Source: an uncultured Actinomycetes bacterium (lineage in GTDB: Bacteria > Actinomycetota > Acidimicrobiia > Acidimicrobiales > Ilumatobacteraceae). Taken from it: a DNA stretch of 61,262 nt. The translations under genes were made by a program, and so were the position numbers. Shown here one piece after another: positions 1 to 10,100 of this stretch. The stretch lies in the NCBI GenBank assembly GCA_937928715.1, contig CALEZQ010000157.1, forward strand, positions 1 through 61,262, in the 5' to 3' direction. Position 1 is the first letter of the stretch. Each line of letters begins with the position of its first letter. Under the pieces are notes generated by a model, which had not been told where the DNA came from, made no database searches, and saw only the letters and a program-made list of their open reading frames with translations.

Positions 1-1
1 G

Positions 2-1219
2 GCATCGGCGCACAGCCTCGCCAGCTCCGCGGTCACCATCGAACTCAGCGAGCACGGCATGACCGGCGACATCGCCCTCGCCGTCGGCTCGCTGGACCAG
101 GCGTTCGACGAGGCGCACCGGTCGGACGCACTCACCGCCGACGCGTATGCGGCCCAGGTGACCGCGTACCTCGACGAGCACCTCACCATCACCGGCGCCG
201 GCGGCACTGAGTGGCCCGAGCAGTACACCGACTTCGACCGTCAGACGGTGGAAGGTATCGAGACCATCCGCGTCGGTCTGACCGTGGACGTCGCCGGCGA
301 CGACCCGAGCGAGTTCACGATCGCCTACGACGCCATCATCGAAGCGGTGCCTGGACACGAAGCAGTGCTCGTGCTCGTCGATGCGACGAACAGCGCGTCC
401 ACCCCGGGCGTGTTCACCGACGACGAGCCGACGATCACGATCGGCGACGGCAGCGCCGACGTCGCCATCAGCGACATGGCGTGGTTCGGGTTCCACCACG
501 TCCTCGATGGCGCCGATCACCTGCTGTTCTTGCTGACGCTGCTGCTGCCCGCGCCGCTGATGGCTGCCGCAGGCAGATGGCGGCGCGGTCCCGGCGTGAG
601 CGCCGCCGCGCGAAAGGTGCTGCACGTGGTCACCGCCTTCACCGTCGGCCACTCGCTCACCTTGGTCGCGACATCGCTCGGCTGGATTTCGGTGCCCTCG
701 CGGCCGATCGAGATCATGATCGCCGTCTCCGTCGGCGTGTCCGCGATCCACGCGATCCGACCGCTCGTCCGCGGCGGCGAGACCCTCATCGCCGCCGGCT
801 TCGGCCTCGTGCACGGCATGGCATTCGCCGGCATCTTGCACGACCTCGGCCTCAACGGGAAGACATCACGGATCGCGCTCTTTGCCTTCAACGTCGGCAT
901 CGAACTTGCCCAGGTGGCCGTGACCGCGTGCATCTTCCCGTCGCTGTACGTGATGTCCACCGGTCGCAGCTACCTGTGGGTTCGCATCGGCGGCGCGGTG
1001 ATATCTCTTGCCACCAGCCTCGGCTGGCTCGCCGACCGGACGGGCCTGACTACCAATCCGTTGGCTGGCGTGGAGAGCATCGTGATCGCACAGCCTTGGA
1101 CAGTGGTCGGTGCAATCGCGACGTTTGCCGGCCTGATGTGGCTTGTCGACCGTCGCTTGGATGGCTTGATGACCCCACGTAAGGTACGCCAGTTTGAAAG
1201 CGGTGATCTGCCCATGTGA
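2..1219 (+). CDS. HupE/UreJ-family membrane protein; 5' end probably lies outside the window
   Basis: The frame is open from the window edge to the first M at 59, and the M59 N-terminus has no signal or TM segment. The C-terminal half has the HupE/UreJ-type signature WFGFHHVLDGADHLLFLLTLLLP, followed by several hydrophobic helices and GFGLVHGMAFAG. Confidence 0.7.
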   Translation, partial: ASAHSLASSAVTIELSEHGMTGDIALAVGSLDQAFDEAHRSDALTADAYAAQVTAYLDEHLTITGAGGTEWPEQYTDFDRQTVEGIETIRVGLTVDVAGDDPSEFTIAYDAIIEAVPGHEAVLVLVDATNSASTPGVFTDDEPTITIGDGSADVAISDMAWFGFHHVLDGADHLLFLLTLLLPAPLMAAAGRWRRGPGVSAAARKVLHVVTAFTVGHSLTLVATSLGWISVPSRPIEIMIAVSVGVSAIHAIRPLVRGGETLIAAGFGLVHGMAFAGILHDLGLNGKTSRIALFAFNVGIELAQVAVTACIFPSLYVMSTGRSYLWVRIGGAVISLATSLGWLADRTGLTTNPLAGVESIVIAQPWTVVGAIATFAGLMWLVDRRLDGLMTPRKVRQFESGDLPM

Positions 1220-1319
1220 TGACGGCTGTGCCGAGAATGGGTCGAGTGGTTGCACCGTGTTCTCTTCCGGCGCGAACCGGTGCCAGTCAAAGCTGGCTGC
1301 CTTTGAGAAACTACGACTG

Positions 1320-3308
1320 ATGAGTACATCAGATTTCCGAATCAGCCAGCCGGGTTCGGGTGACCCTCTGGTCGGTGCCGTGATCGCGTTGAGCAAGCAT
1401 CACCAGTCGTTGCTTGGACAACTTGGGTACCAGGTGTTCCATGACTCGGCGGGACTTGGCTGCCTATTGGTAGCTGAGATGGGGTCGTCGGTTGCGGGCT
1501 ATGTGTTGTTCCGCCGTCGGCGACGGGACCGCGCAGTCATGTTGGTCCACCTGTGTGTTGCAGAGTCGTCCCAACGTCTTGGTGTCGCTCGGTCGCTTGT
1601 GGATGAGGTTGCTGTAAGGAATCCCGCTGCGTCGGGTATCGGGGCATGGTGCAGATCGGACTATGCGGCGACGGCTGCATGGCCTCGGCTCGGCTTCGAC
1701 AGAGGTGTCACCAAACCAGGCAAGGCCCGATCGCGGACGCAACTGGTCCACTGGTGGCGACCAGTCGCCGACAGGTCGCTCCTGATCTGTGAGCCAGACC
1801 CGGACGGTATTCCAACCGCCGCTCTGGACACGGACATCTTTCGCGATCTGAAGGAACCGAGGCATGAGTTCGTCGAGTCGCATGCCTTGGCAGCCGGCTG
1901 GCTCGCCGATGAAGTTGAGTTCGTTGTAACGGGCCATGTTGCCGCGGAGATCGACGCAGCCTCGACCCTTGTTCCGGCACTGCGAGGAACGTCCAACTCG
2001 TTCCGACGGCTTTCATCGCGACCAGAGGACTGGGAGCCCGTCAGGTCGCTCATCGATGCCCATGTGACAGACAAGTCCGTTGGCGACGGCGATCGACGGC
2101 ATGTCGCCCAGGCGGCCGCCGCTGGAGCGACCTTCGTCGTAACTCGCGACGAAGCTTTGCTGGCGGCCTCGACGAGGATTGAGCAGGTCGCGGGAGTGCA
2201 GGTTCTTCGACCCTCGCAACTGCTTGTCCAACTCCACGCTGGGCTCGAGACCGTTGCATATCAGACGGCGGCTCTTTACGGCACTTCGTGGACGATCGGG
2301 CCGTCCTCCGAGGCTCCAAGCAAAGAGCAGCTGCGGCGCTTCGTCGGACCGGACGAGCGGCTCACACACCTGGCGATGCGCGTCAACTCTACCCTCGCCG
2401 AAGTAGCCGACGGCGCTCGCCTGTGGGCGATAACGCGAGACCGAGAGCTCATCGCCTTCGCAACCTGCCTGCCCGACGGAAACGACTTCGTCGTCACTGC
2501 TCTCCGTGTGGTGAGCAGCGTGCCGCAACGAACCTTCTGTCGACACATGGCTGACTCGCTCCGTCGGCATGCAAGTAGGCACGGGTTTCAAAAGATGAGG
2601 ATCGACGACGCACTCCCGCCGTACGCCGACCGCGCGCTACGCGACGAAGGCTTCCAAGTAGGTCCTGACGGATGGTGGGCCAGTACGACGCCGGGTCTGC
2701 TGGCGGCCGATGACACAGAGCCCATTGCTGGGCGCCTCGTGGGCGATCTCACGCCGACTGAAGCACTTGAGCTGGAAACCCAGGTCTGGCCAACCAGAGT
2801 GATCACGGGCTCCACACCGACCTACGTAGTTCCCATCCGACCCGGGTGGGCCCTTGAACTCCTCGGCGCAAGCAACTCCACGCCCAGCCTGCTACCTCGA
2901 CCGGACTCGCTCGGTGCGGCACGAGAACACGTGTACTACCGTTCGCCCATCCGCAGCCTCGAGGCGCCCGCCCGCGTCCTATGGTACGTCTCCGGAGGTG
3001 GAGCCGAAGGCGGTTTCCGCGCCGTGTCATGGCTGACGGCCGTCGTGACGGCAGGCCCGAAGAGCCTTTTCCGACGATTTGGACCCCGGGGCGTCTATAG
3101 CGAGACGGACGTCCTCGCGTCCGCCTCCCCGGCTGGTCTCGCGACTGCCATGCTGTTCACCCGAACTGAGCTCCTAGAACGGCCGATCACCCTCCGAGAA
3201 GCGCGCGGCTTCTACAGTCAGCTCAGCCAGACAGGATTCTTGCGATCAACCCGGAGAATCGACGAACATACGTTCGTAGAAATCTGTAGGAGAGGGTTTC
3301 CCGCATGA
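1320..3308 (+). CDS. Multidomain protein: GNAT acetyltransferase, PIN-like nuclease, second GNAT-like domain, C-terminal ASCH/PUA-like domain
   Basis: ORF 1194..3308; ATG at 1320 (MSTSDF) follows a lower-GC spacer. GNAT core: VMLVHLCVAESSQRLGVARSLVDEV. PIN-like acidic set: AALDTDIF ... DRRHVAQAAAAGATFVVTRDE. A second GNAT-like block follows (LIAFATCL..VVTALRVV..RRHASRHGF). The C-terminal segment resembles ASCH (TYVVPIRPGWALELL ... VLWYVSGG). The stop overlaps the next start (ATGA at 3305-3308). Confidence 0.6.
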   Translation: MSTSDFRISQPGSGDPLVGAVIALSKHHQSLLGQLGYQVFHDSAGLGCLLVAEMGSSVAGYVLFRRRRRDRAVMLVHLCVAESSQRLGVARSLVDEVAVRNPAASGIGAWCRSDYAATAAWPRLGFDRGVTKPGKARSRTQLVHWWRPVADRSLLICEPDPDGIPTAALDTDIFRDLKEPRHEFVESHALAAGWLADEVEFVVTGHVAAEIDAASTLVPALRGTSNSFRRLSSRPEDWEPVRSLIDAHVTDKSVGDGDRRHVAQAAAAGATFVVTRDEALLAASTRIEQVAGVQVLRPSQLLVQLHAGLETVAYQTAALYGTSWTIGPSSEAPSKEQLRRFVGPDERLTHLAMRVNSTLAEVADGARLWAITRDRELIAFATCLPDGNDFVVTALRVVSSVPQRTFCRHMADSLRRHASRHGFQKMRIDDALPPYADRALRDEGFQVGPDGWWASTTPGLLAADDTEPIAGRLVGDLTPTEALELETQVWPTRVITGSTPTYVVPIRPGWALELLGASNSTPSLLPRPDSLGAAREHVYYRSPIRSLEAPARVLWYVSGGGAEGGFRAVSWLTAVVTAGPKSLFRRFGPRGVYSETDVLASASPAGLATAMLFTRTELLERPITLREARGFYSQLSQTGFLRSTRRIDEHTFVEICRRGFPA

Positions 3309-3730
3309 CCGAACGATCGATCTTTCTCGCGATCCGCCCACGACACGCCGCCAACATCCTTCAGGGTGTCAAAACAGTTGAGCTACGCCGAACTCCACCT
3401 CGAATCGCCACCCCAACGATGGCTTACCTCTACGCCAGCTCCCCAACCAAGGCAATCGTCGGAACCTGCCGCATCACCCACATCGAAACCTGCAGCCCAA
3501 GTCAACTCTGGGCCCGCCACGGGCCCGCCACGGGCATCACCCGCGCGGAGTTTCGAGCCTACTTCAGCAGATGCGAACAGGCGCACGCACTCCACATCAC
3601 CGATCCGCTGTCGCTCGGCAGTCCCGTGGAACTCGAGCAGATGAGGCTCCGATGGCGTGGCTTCCACCCGCCGCAGAGCTTCCGCTACCTCACGCCATCA
3701 CTTGTCGCTACCCTCCAACTCACCGCGTGA
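3305..3730 (+). CDS. ASCH (PUA-like) domain protein
   Basis: 141 aa. The N-terminus IFLAIRPRHAANILQGVKTVELRR matches the typical ASCH opening (SI.p.ya..I..G.KtvElRr). The 4-nt overlap with the upstream gene suggests translational coupling. Confidence 0.7.
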   Translation: MTERSIFLAIRPRHAANILQGVKTVELRRTPPRIATPTMAYLYASSPTKAIVGTCRITHIETCSPSQLWARHGPATGITRAEFRAYFSRCEQAHALHITDPLSLGSPVELEQMRLRWRGFHPPQSFRYLTPSLVATLQLTA

Positions 3731-4017
3731 CATCCAGGCCATCACCAGCAGTCAACTCGATCACGGCGCGCTCAATCGTTAGAGGGACCCGATGGGTGGT
3801 CCAGGTGTTCTGCGGCGGCAGGTTCTGAAGCAACGCGAGTCGGACGGCCCGTCCACGTGACACCGACCGTTCTGGACCGGTCTGTTCCGTCTCATCCCGA
3901 CTCCGGCGGTGAGTACTAGTCGCGCTGCTGGTGGGACGGGCGGCGACGGTGAGTACGACTGGTGAGAGACGGCCGAGTCGGCTTGTCGGCCGCCTGCGTC
4001 GGTCCGATGCGACGCCT

Positions 4018-4033
4018 TGACGCATCTGCGTCA
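4018..4033. promoter_or_regulatory. 16-bp palindrome TGACGCAtcTGCGTCA upstream of the giant adhesin gene; candidate operator
   Basis: Perfect 7-bp inverted arms with a 2-nt centre, about 95 bp upstream of the ATG at 4127. No known regulator motif was recognised. Confidence 0.25.
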
Positions 4034-4126
4034 GAACTCTTGCTCACGCTCGCGTCATCCGAGCTACGCAGCTACGTCATGACCGTCGGCTGCCCTGCCC
4101 CGGCGGCTCGTGACAAGGACCACCGG

Positions 4127-7100
4127 ATGATGACCACTCCCGAACTAAGGCTTCTTCGCGGGCGCGACGCAACTCGCGTCGGCCGCACCGGCTTGCTGAG
4201 ACTCGCAACGGCTGTGGGCGTCGCCGCTACAGGTGTGCTGGTGGGGACCCCGGTTCTGGTCAACGCTGCGGTGATCGAAACCTTCACCAAGGCCTACGAC
4301 AACTGGCTGTTCGGCGACTACCTGCTCGTGGGCAACACGCAGATGCAGTGCATTACCACCACCACGAGCGACCGGTGGGACGCCGACAATGATGGCAATC
4401 GCACGGAGGCGCTCGCTCCGTTGGTCGACTTCGCCAGTCCCGCGTCGCTCATCACGGACTGCCTCGCCGACCAGGCCACGGACAACATTTCCAGTCTCAC
4501 ATCAAACGACTATCGGTGGATGGTGTTCAATGACGTCGACGGCGACAGCACCACGTTCAACTCCAGCTCGATCACCGTCACCATCCCGTCGGGTGCCACT
4601 GTGCAGTATGCCCAGTTGTTGTGGCACGGCAACGCTCTGGGCTCCATCGACTCGGCTAACGTGATCGACGATGCTGACTACGACCTGATGGACCCCACGG
4701 GTGCCCCGCTCGGGTCCTGGCCATCATGCAACTCGACGAATCTCGACAATGATTGGACTTTCTACGGAGAAGGTGGCGGTCCCGAGTTCGACAGCTCGAC
4801 TCAGGGTGGCATCGTCACCAACCGTATGCGTGACGCTGCCAACGCCGCGGCGCAGGGCCCACGTAACCAGATGAAGATAAAGGTTGGTTCCGGTACCTAC
4901 CAGACCGTTACCAGCTCCGATGAGGACATCACCCTGGCGTCAAGCACCGGACGTTTGTACCAGCAGGAAGCGGTGGTCACCAGTCTGTTTTCTGGCGTCC
5001 CGACCGGGAGCCCGCTCACCATCACCGGCGCCAACATCTCTACCGGTCAGGGGCACAACTGCACCGGCGGTTGGGCGCTTGTGCTTGTGGTCGCTACTCC
5101 CAGCGCCTCTGCCGCGTTTCCCGTGCCTCGCCGCATTCAGATCTACGATGGGTTCGCCGTAGTTGCGAACGGCGAGTCGGCCAGCACGTCCCTAGCAGGC
5201 TTCCTCGCCTCTGGACCGGGTACCGTGGAGCCGCGCGTGGGCGTAGTGGGCTGGGAGGGCGACCAACAGATTGCGGGCGACAGACTGACCTTTGAAGGCA
5301 GCACGCTGAGTGAGCCGCGCATCACAAGTGGACGAACCACTAACTACTGGTCATCGACGATCGGCGACTTCACGGGCAACCCCACTTACAACACGTACAC
5401 TCGCAATCCGAACTGGGCCGACAACGCCGGACCCGACATTAAGACCGACAACGTGCCATTGTCGTTGCTCGCTGCTTCGGGCGACGGTCTCTCGGTGTCG
5501 TTCAGCACCACCGGTGACCAGTACCTTCCCGGCGCGTTCATCTTCTCGGCGGTCATGTCGCACCTGCAGGGCACCGTCTACGAGGACCTCGACCACGATG
5601 GCATCCAGGACGCAGGGGAGGCGGGCATCCCCGGTGTCACCTTGACGCTCACCAACGGGACGACCACCTACACGACCACGACCGACGCCGAGGGCAACTA
5701 CATCTTCCTCGGGTCGAACGACGGCAACGGGGTGCCCACCGGCCTCCCCGCCGGCACCTACACCCTCACCGAGACACAGCCGTCCGGTTGGTCGGACGGC
5801 ATCGACACGGTTGGCACGGCCGGTGGCAGCGACGGTACGAACAGTGCCAACGACGTGATCACCACGATCCAGCACGACCTGACCATGCCGTCCACCGAGT
5901 ACAACTTCGGTGAGCACCGCGTGTCGATCGGCGACACCGTGTGGAACGACACAAACCGCAACGGCGTGCAGAACACCGGCGAGGCGGGCATCAGCGGCGT
6001 GACGGTCAACCTGTACGCAGCCAAGGGTACGACGCTCGTCGGGAGCACCGCGACCAACGGCTCGGGCTTCTACAGCTTCAGCGGCCTCAGCGCAGGTGCG
6101 ACGTATGTGCTTGAGTTCGTCACCCCCTCCGGCTACCGGTTCACGGGTCAGGACCTGGGCGGTAACGACGGCACGGACTCGGACCCCAACACATCGACGG
6201 GGCGGGTGACGATCACCGCGCCGAGTTCTGGCATCGGGTCGGCCACCTCACCCGACAACCCCACCTTCGACGCGGGCATGGTGCAGGTGGATCTGGCGCT
6301 GAGCAAGAGCATCGTCACGACCGGGCCGTACTACCCGGGCCAGACCATCACCTACACGCTGACCCCGTCGAACGTCGGCACCACCAACGCCCTCGCCGGC
6401 TGGTCGGTCACCGAGGTGCTGCCCACCGGCATGAGCCTGGTGTCCATGTCCGGTACGGGCTACACGTGCGTGTCGAACACCTGCACCGCCACCGGAACGC
6501 TCGGGCCCGGCAACGGCAATCCGATCACGGCGACCGCCACCGTCGCCTCCACGTCGAACACGTCGCTGCGCAACGTGGCCTACGTGTCTCCTGCCGCCGG
6601 TGAGGTCACCGAGGTCAACGTTCTCGGCACGCCGCCCACGGCCGGGACCGACACCGCTGCAACCTCTACCAACAACGACGCACACGTGGACCTCAACTCG
6701 GGGCCGTCGTCGTTAGGCGACCGCGTATGGGTCGACGTCAACAGCAACGGTGTGCAGGACGGGGGCGAGGTCGGCCTGACCGGGGTGACGGTCCACCTGT
6801 ACCAGTCCGACGGGACCACACTGATCACCTCGACGACGACCGACTACACCGGCAACTACTCATTCACTGGCCTGGCGCCGGCCACCTATGTGGTGACCTT
6901 CGTGCAGCCGACCGGCTACCTGCTGTCGCCGACGGGTGCGGGCACCGCCTCGACCGACTCGAATGGGCTGTCCACGACCGTGACGCTGGCCGCCGGCGCG
7001 ACGGACTCGTCGATCGACCTCGGTGTGTACGAGTTCGCCTCGCTGGGCGACTTCGTGTGGGACGACCTGGACGCTGATGGTGTGCAGGACGCCGGCGAGC

Positions 7101-10100
7101 CGGGTGTGCCTGGAGTGACGGTGACCCTGTTGGGGTCCGATGGCACGACGGTGGTCGCTACCACCACCACCGACGCCAATGGCGGGTACGAGTTCACCGA
7201 CCTGGTGCCTGGCACCTACACGGTGACGTTCACCCAGCCGGCCGGCACGCAGCTGTCGCCCACCGGCGCGGGTACGCCTTCGACCGACTCGAACGGGCTC
7301 ACCACGACGGTGACGCTCACCTCGGGCCAGACCGACACCAGCATCGACCTGGGCGTGTACCGGACCGTGTCGCTGGGCGACTTCGTGTGGGACGACCCGG
7401 ACGCTGATGGTGTGCAGGGCGCGGGTGAGCCGGGTGTTCCCGGTGTAACCGTCACCCTCTACGGCGCCGACCCCACGACCGCGGTGGCCACGACCACCAC
7501 GAACGACGTCGGGTTCTACGAGTTCGCCGGCCTCGTGCCGGGTACGTACACCGTCACCTTCACCCAGCCGGCCGGCTACGAACTCTCGCCCACGGGCACG
7601 GGTACCCCGTCGACCGACTCGAATGGCCTGTCGACCGCGGTGACCGTACAGTCGGGCGAGACCGACTTCACGATCGACCTCGGTGTGTACCAGACGGCGA
7701 CGATCGGTGACGTCGTGTGGGTGGACTACGACGCCGACGGTGTGCAGGATGCGGGCGAACCCGGTCTGCCCGGTGTGATCGTCACGCTGGACCCGGGCAC
7801 CCCGGGTGATCCGAGCGACGACGAGACCACCACCACCGACGGCAACGGTGGCTACACGTTCACGGGGCTGGTGCCGGGTGACTACACCACCACCTTCACC
7901 GTGCCCGCCGGCTACACCGCCTCGCCGTCGAACCAGGGTGTCGACACCGGCCTGGACTCGAACGGTGCCGCCAGCAGCACGACACTCGTGTCGGGTGAGA
8001 CGGACCTGTCCGTTGACCTCGGCCTGATCGGTGCAGCCGGCATCACCGTGGTGAAGGAGATCTGTGATCCCTCGGTTGCGGATCCGTGCGACCCATTGGC
8101 GGCGATCGGTGCCGGCGGCTGGACGGAGACCCTCGCGGTCGACTTCCTCGGTGATGTGACCTGGCGGATCACCGTTACCAACTCGGGCCTGCAGACGCTG
8201 ACCGATGTGGTGGTGTCGGACCCGCTGGTGGCGTCGTGTGCGATGAACCCGCTGGTGGCGAGCATGCTGCCGGGCGCGTCGCAGTCCTACATCTGCACGA
8301 CCAGCGAAGTGCTGGTCGGGTTCACGAACACGGCCACGGCCAAGGGCGACGACCCGAATGGCAACGAGGTCACCGATGACGACCCGGCAACGGTCACCAC
8401 TCCGGCGCCCGTCTACGGGCTGGTGGTGGAGAAGTCGGTGGTCAACGCCTTCGGTGAGTGGACCGCCGACACCGCGCCCGGCATCTACGTGACGGTCGGC
8501 GAACCGGTGTCGTGGGTGTACGACGTGTCGCTCGGGGCGTCGGCCAACGTGCCGGTGTCCGGGGTGACGGTCACCGACGACGGCGGCCCGCTCGCCGGAT
8601 TCACCGCCGAGTACGTCAGCGGTGACACCGACAACGACGACCTCCTGGATCCGAGCGAGACCTGGCGCTTCGAGTCGCCCGCCTCTCTGACGGTGACGGC
8701 CGGCCAGTACACGAACACGGCCACTGCCACGGGCACGCCGATCTCGCCTGCCGGTGAGGATCCGTTGACCGCCACCGACCCAGCGAACCACTTCGGTATT
8801 GACCCCGGCGTGGACGTGGTGAAGACCACCAACGGACTCGACGCCAACACCACCTATGGGGCGTTCATCGCCACCGGAGCCGGTGTGGCCTGGAGCTACG
8901 AGGTCTCCAACACCGGCAATGTGCCACTCGCCGACGTCACCGTGGTCGACGACCAGGGTGTGGTCGTCTCGTGCGGCCTGGCCGACGGTGACGACGACGG
9001 CGACATCGACCTGCTCGCCGTCGGCGGCACGGTCACCTGCACCGGTACGGGCACGGCGATCGTGGGCCAGTACGCCAACACGGTCACGGTCACCGGCCAG
9101 CCGGCCGACGACCAGGGCAACCCGATCGCCACCACCGACGACACCCCGCTGCCGACGGTGACGGCCGACGATCCGTCGCACTACTTCGGTGTGAACCCGT
9201 CGGTCGAACTGGTGAAGACCACCCAGACGCTGGACAACGACACGATCACCGGTCCGTTCGTGACGGTCGGCGACGCGGTGCTGTGGACCTATGAGGTCAC
9301 CAACACCGGGAACACGGCCCTGCTCGCCGTGACCGTCACCGACGACCGGGTCGCCGCCTCGGCGATCGACTGCGGTGACGGCTCGAACGCCGTCGCCCTG
9401 CTGCTGCCCGGTGCGACGGTCACCTGTACCGCAACCGCCACGGCCACCGCTGGCCAGTACGCCAACACCGGTTCGGTCTCCGGTCAGCTGGCGTTCCCGA
9501 CCACCGTGCCGTCCGACCCGTCCGACCCGGACACGTGGCCCACCGATCCCGCGGCCTACACGCCCGTGACCCTCACCAACGGCAGCGAGCCGATGGCACC
9601 TGTCACCGACACCAACCCGGACCACTACTTCGGTGTGGTCTCGGCGGTCTCGGTGGTGAAGTCCACCAACACCGTCGACGCCGACGCACCGTTCGGCCCG
9701 CTGGTGCACGTGGGCGGCCCGGTCGAGTGGACGTACGAGGTCACCAACGACGGCACGGTCGCACTCGAGGACGTGACCCTCGTCGACGACCAGATCCTGG
9801 CTTCGGCGATCGACTGCGGTGACGGCAGCAACGTCATCGCCCTGCTGCTGCCCGGTGCGACGGTCACCTGCACTGCCACCGGCACGGCCACCGCGGGCCA
9901 GTACGCCAACATCGCCGACGTGACCGGCACCCCGGTGTTCCCGGATCCGACCGTGGTCGACGACCCCGGCTTCGATCCGGACGACCCGTCGACGTGGCCG
10001 ACCGACCCGGCCGCCTACCAGCCGGTGACGGTCACCGACACGACCGGCTCCGGGACGGACCTGCCGGCGGCCACCGCAACCGATCCGTCGCACTACTACG

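Noticed and set aside
3962-4126. Upstream extension of the adhesin 1 ORF (GTG 3962)
   Set aside because: The extension (MRDGRVGLSAACVGPMRRLDAS...) has no signal-peptide character and contains the palindrome and repeat motifs. The ATG at 4127 directly precedes a signal-like hydrophobic segment. This remains uncertain.
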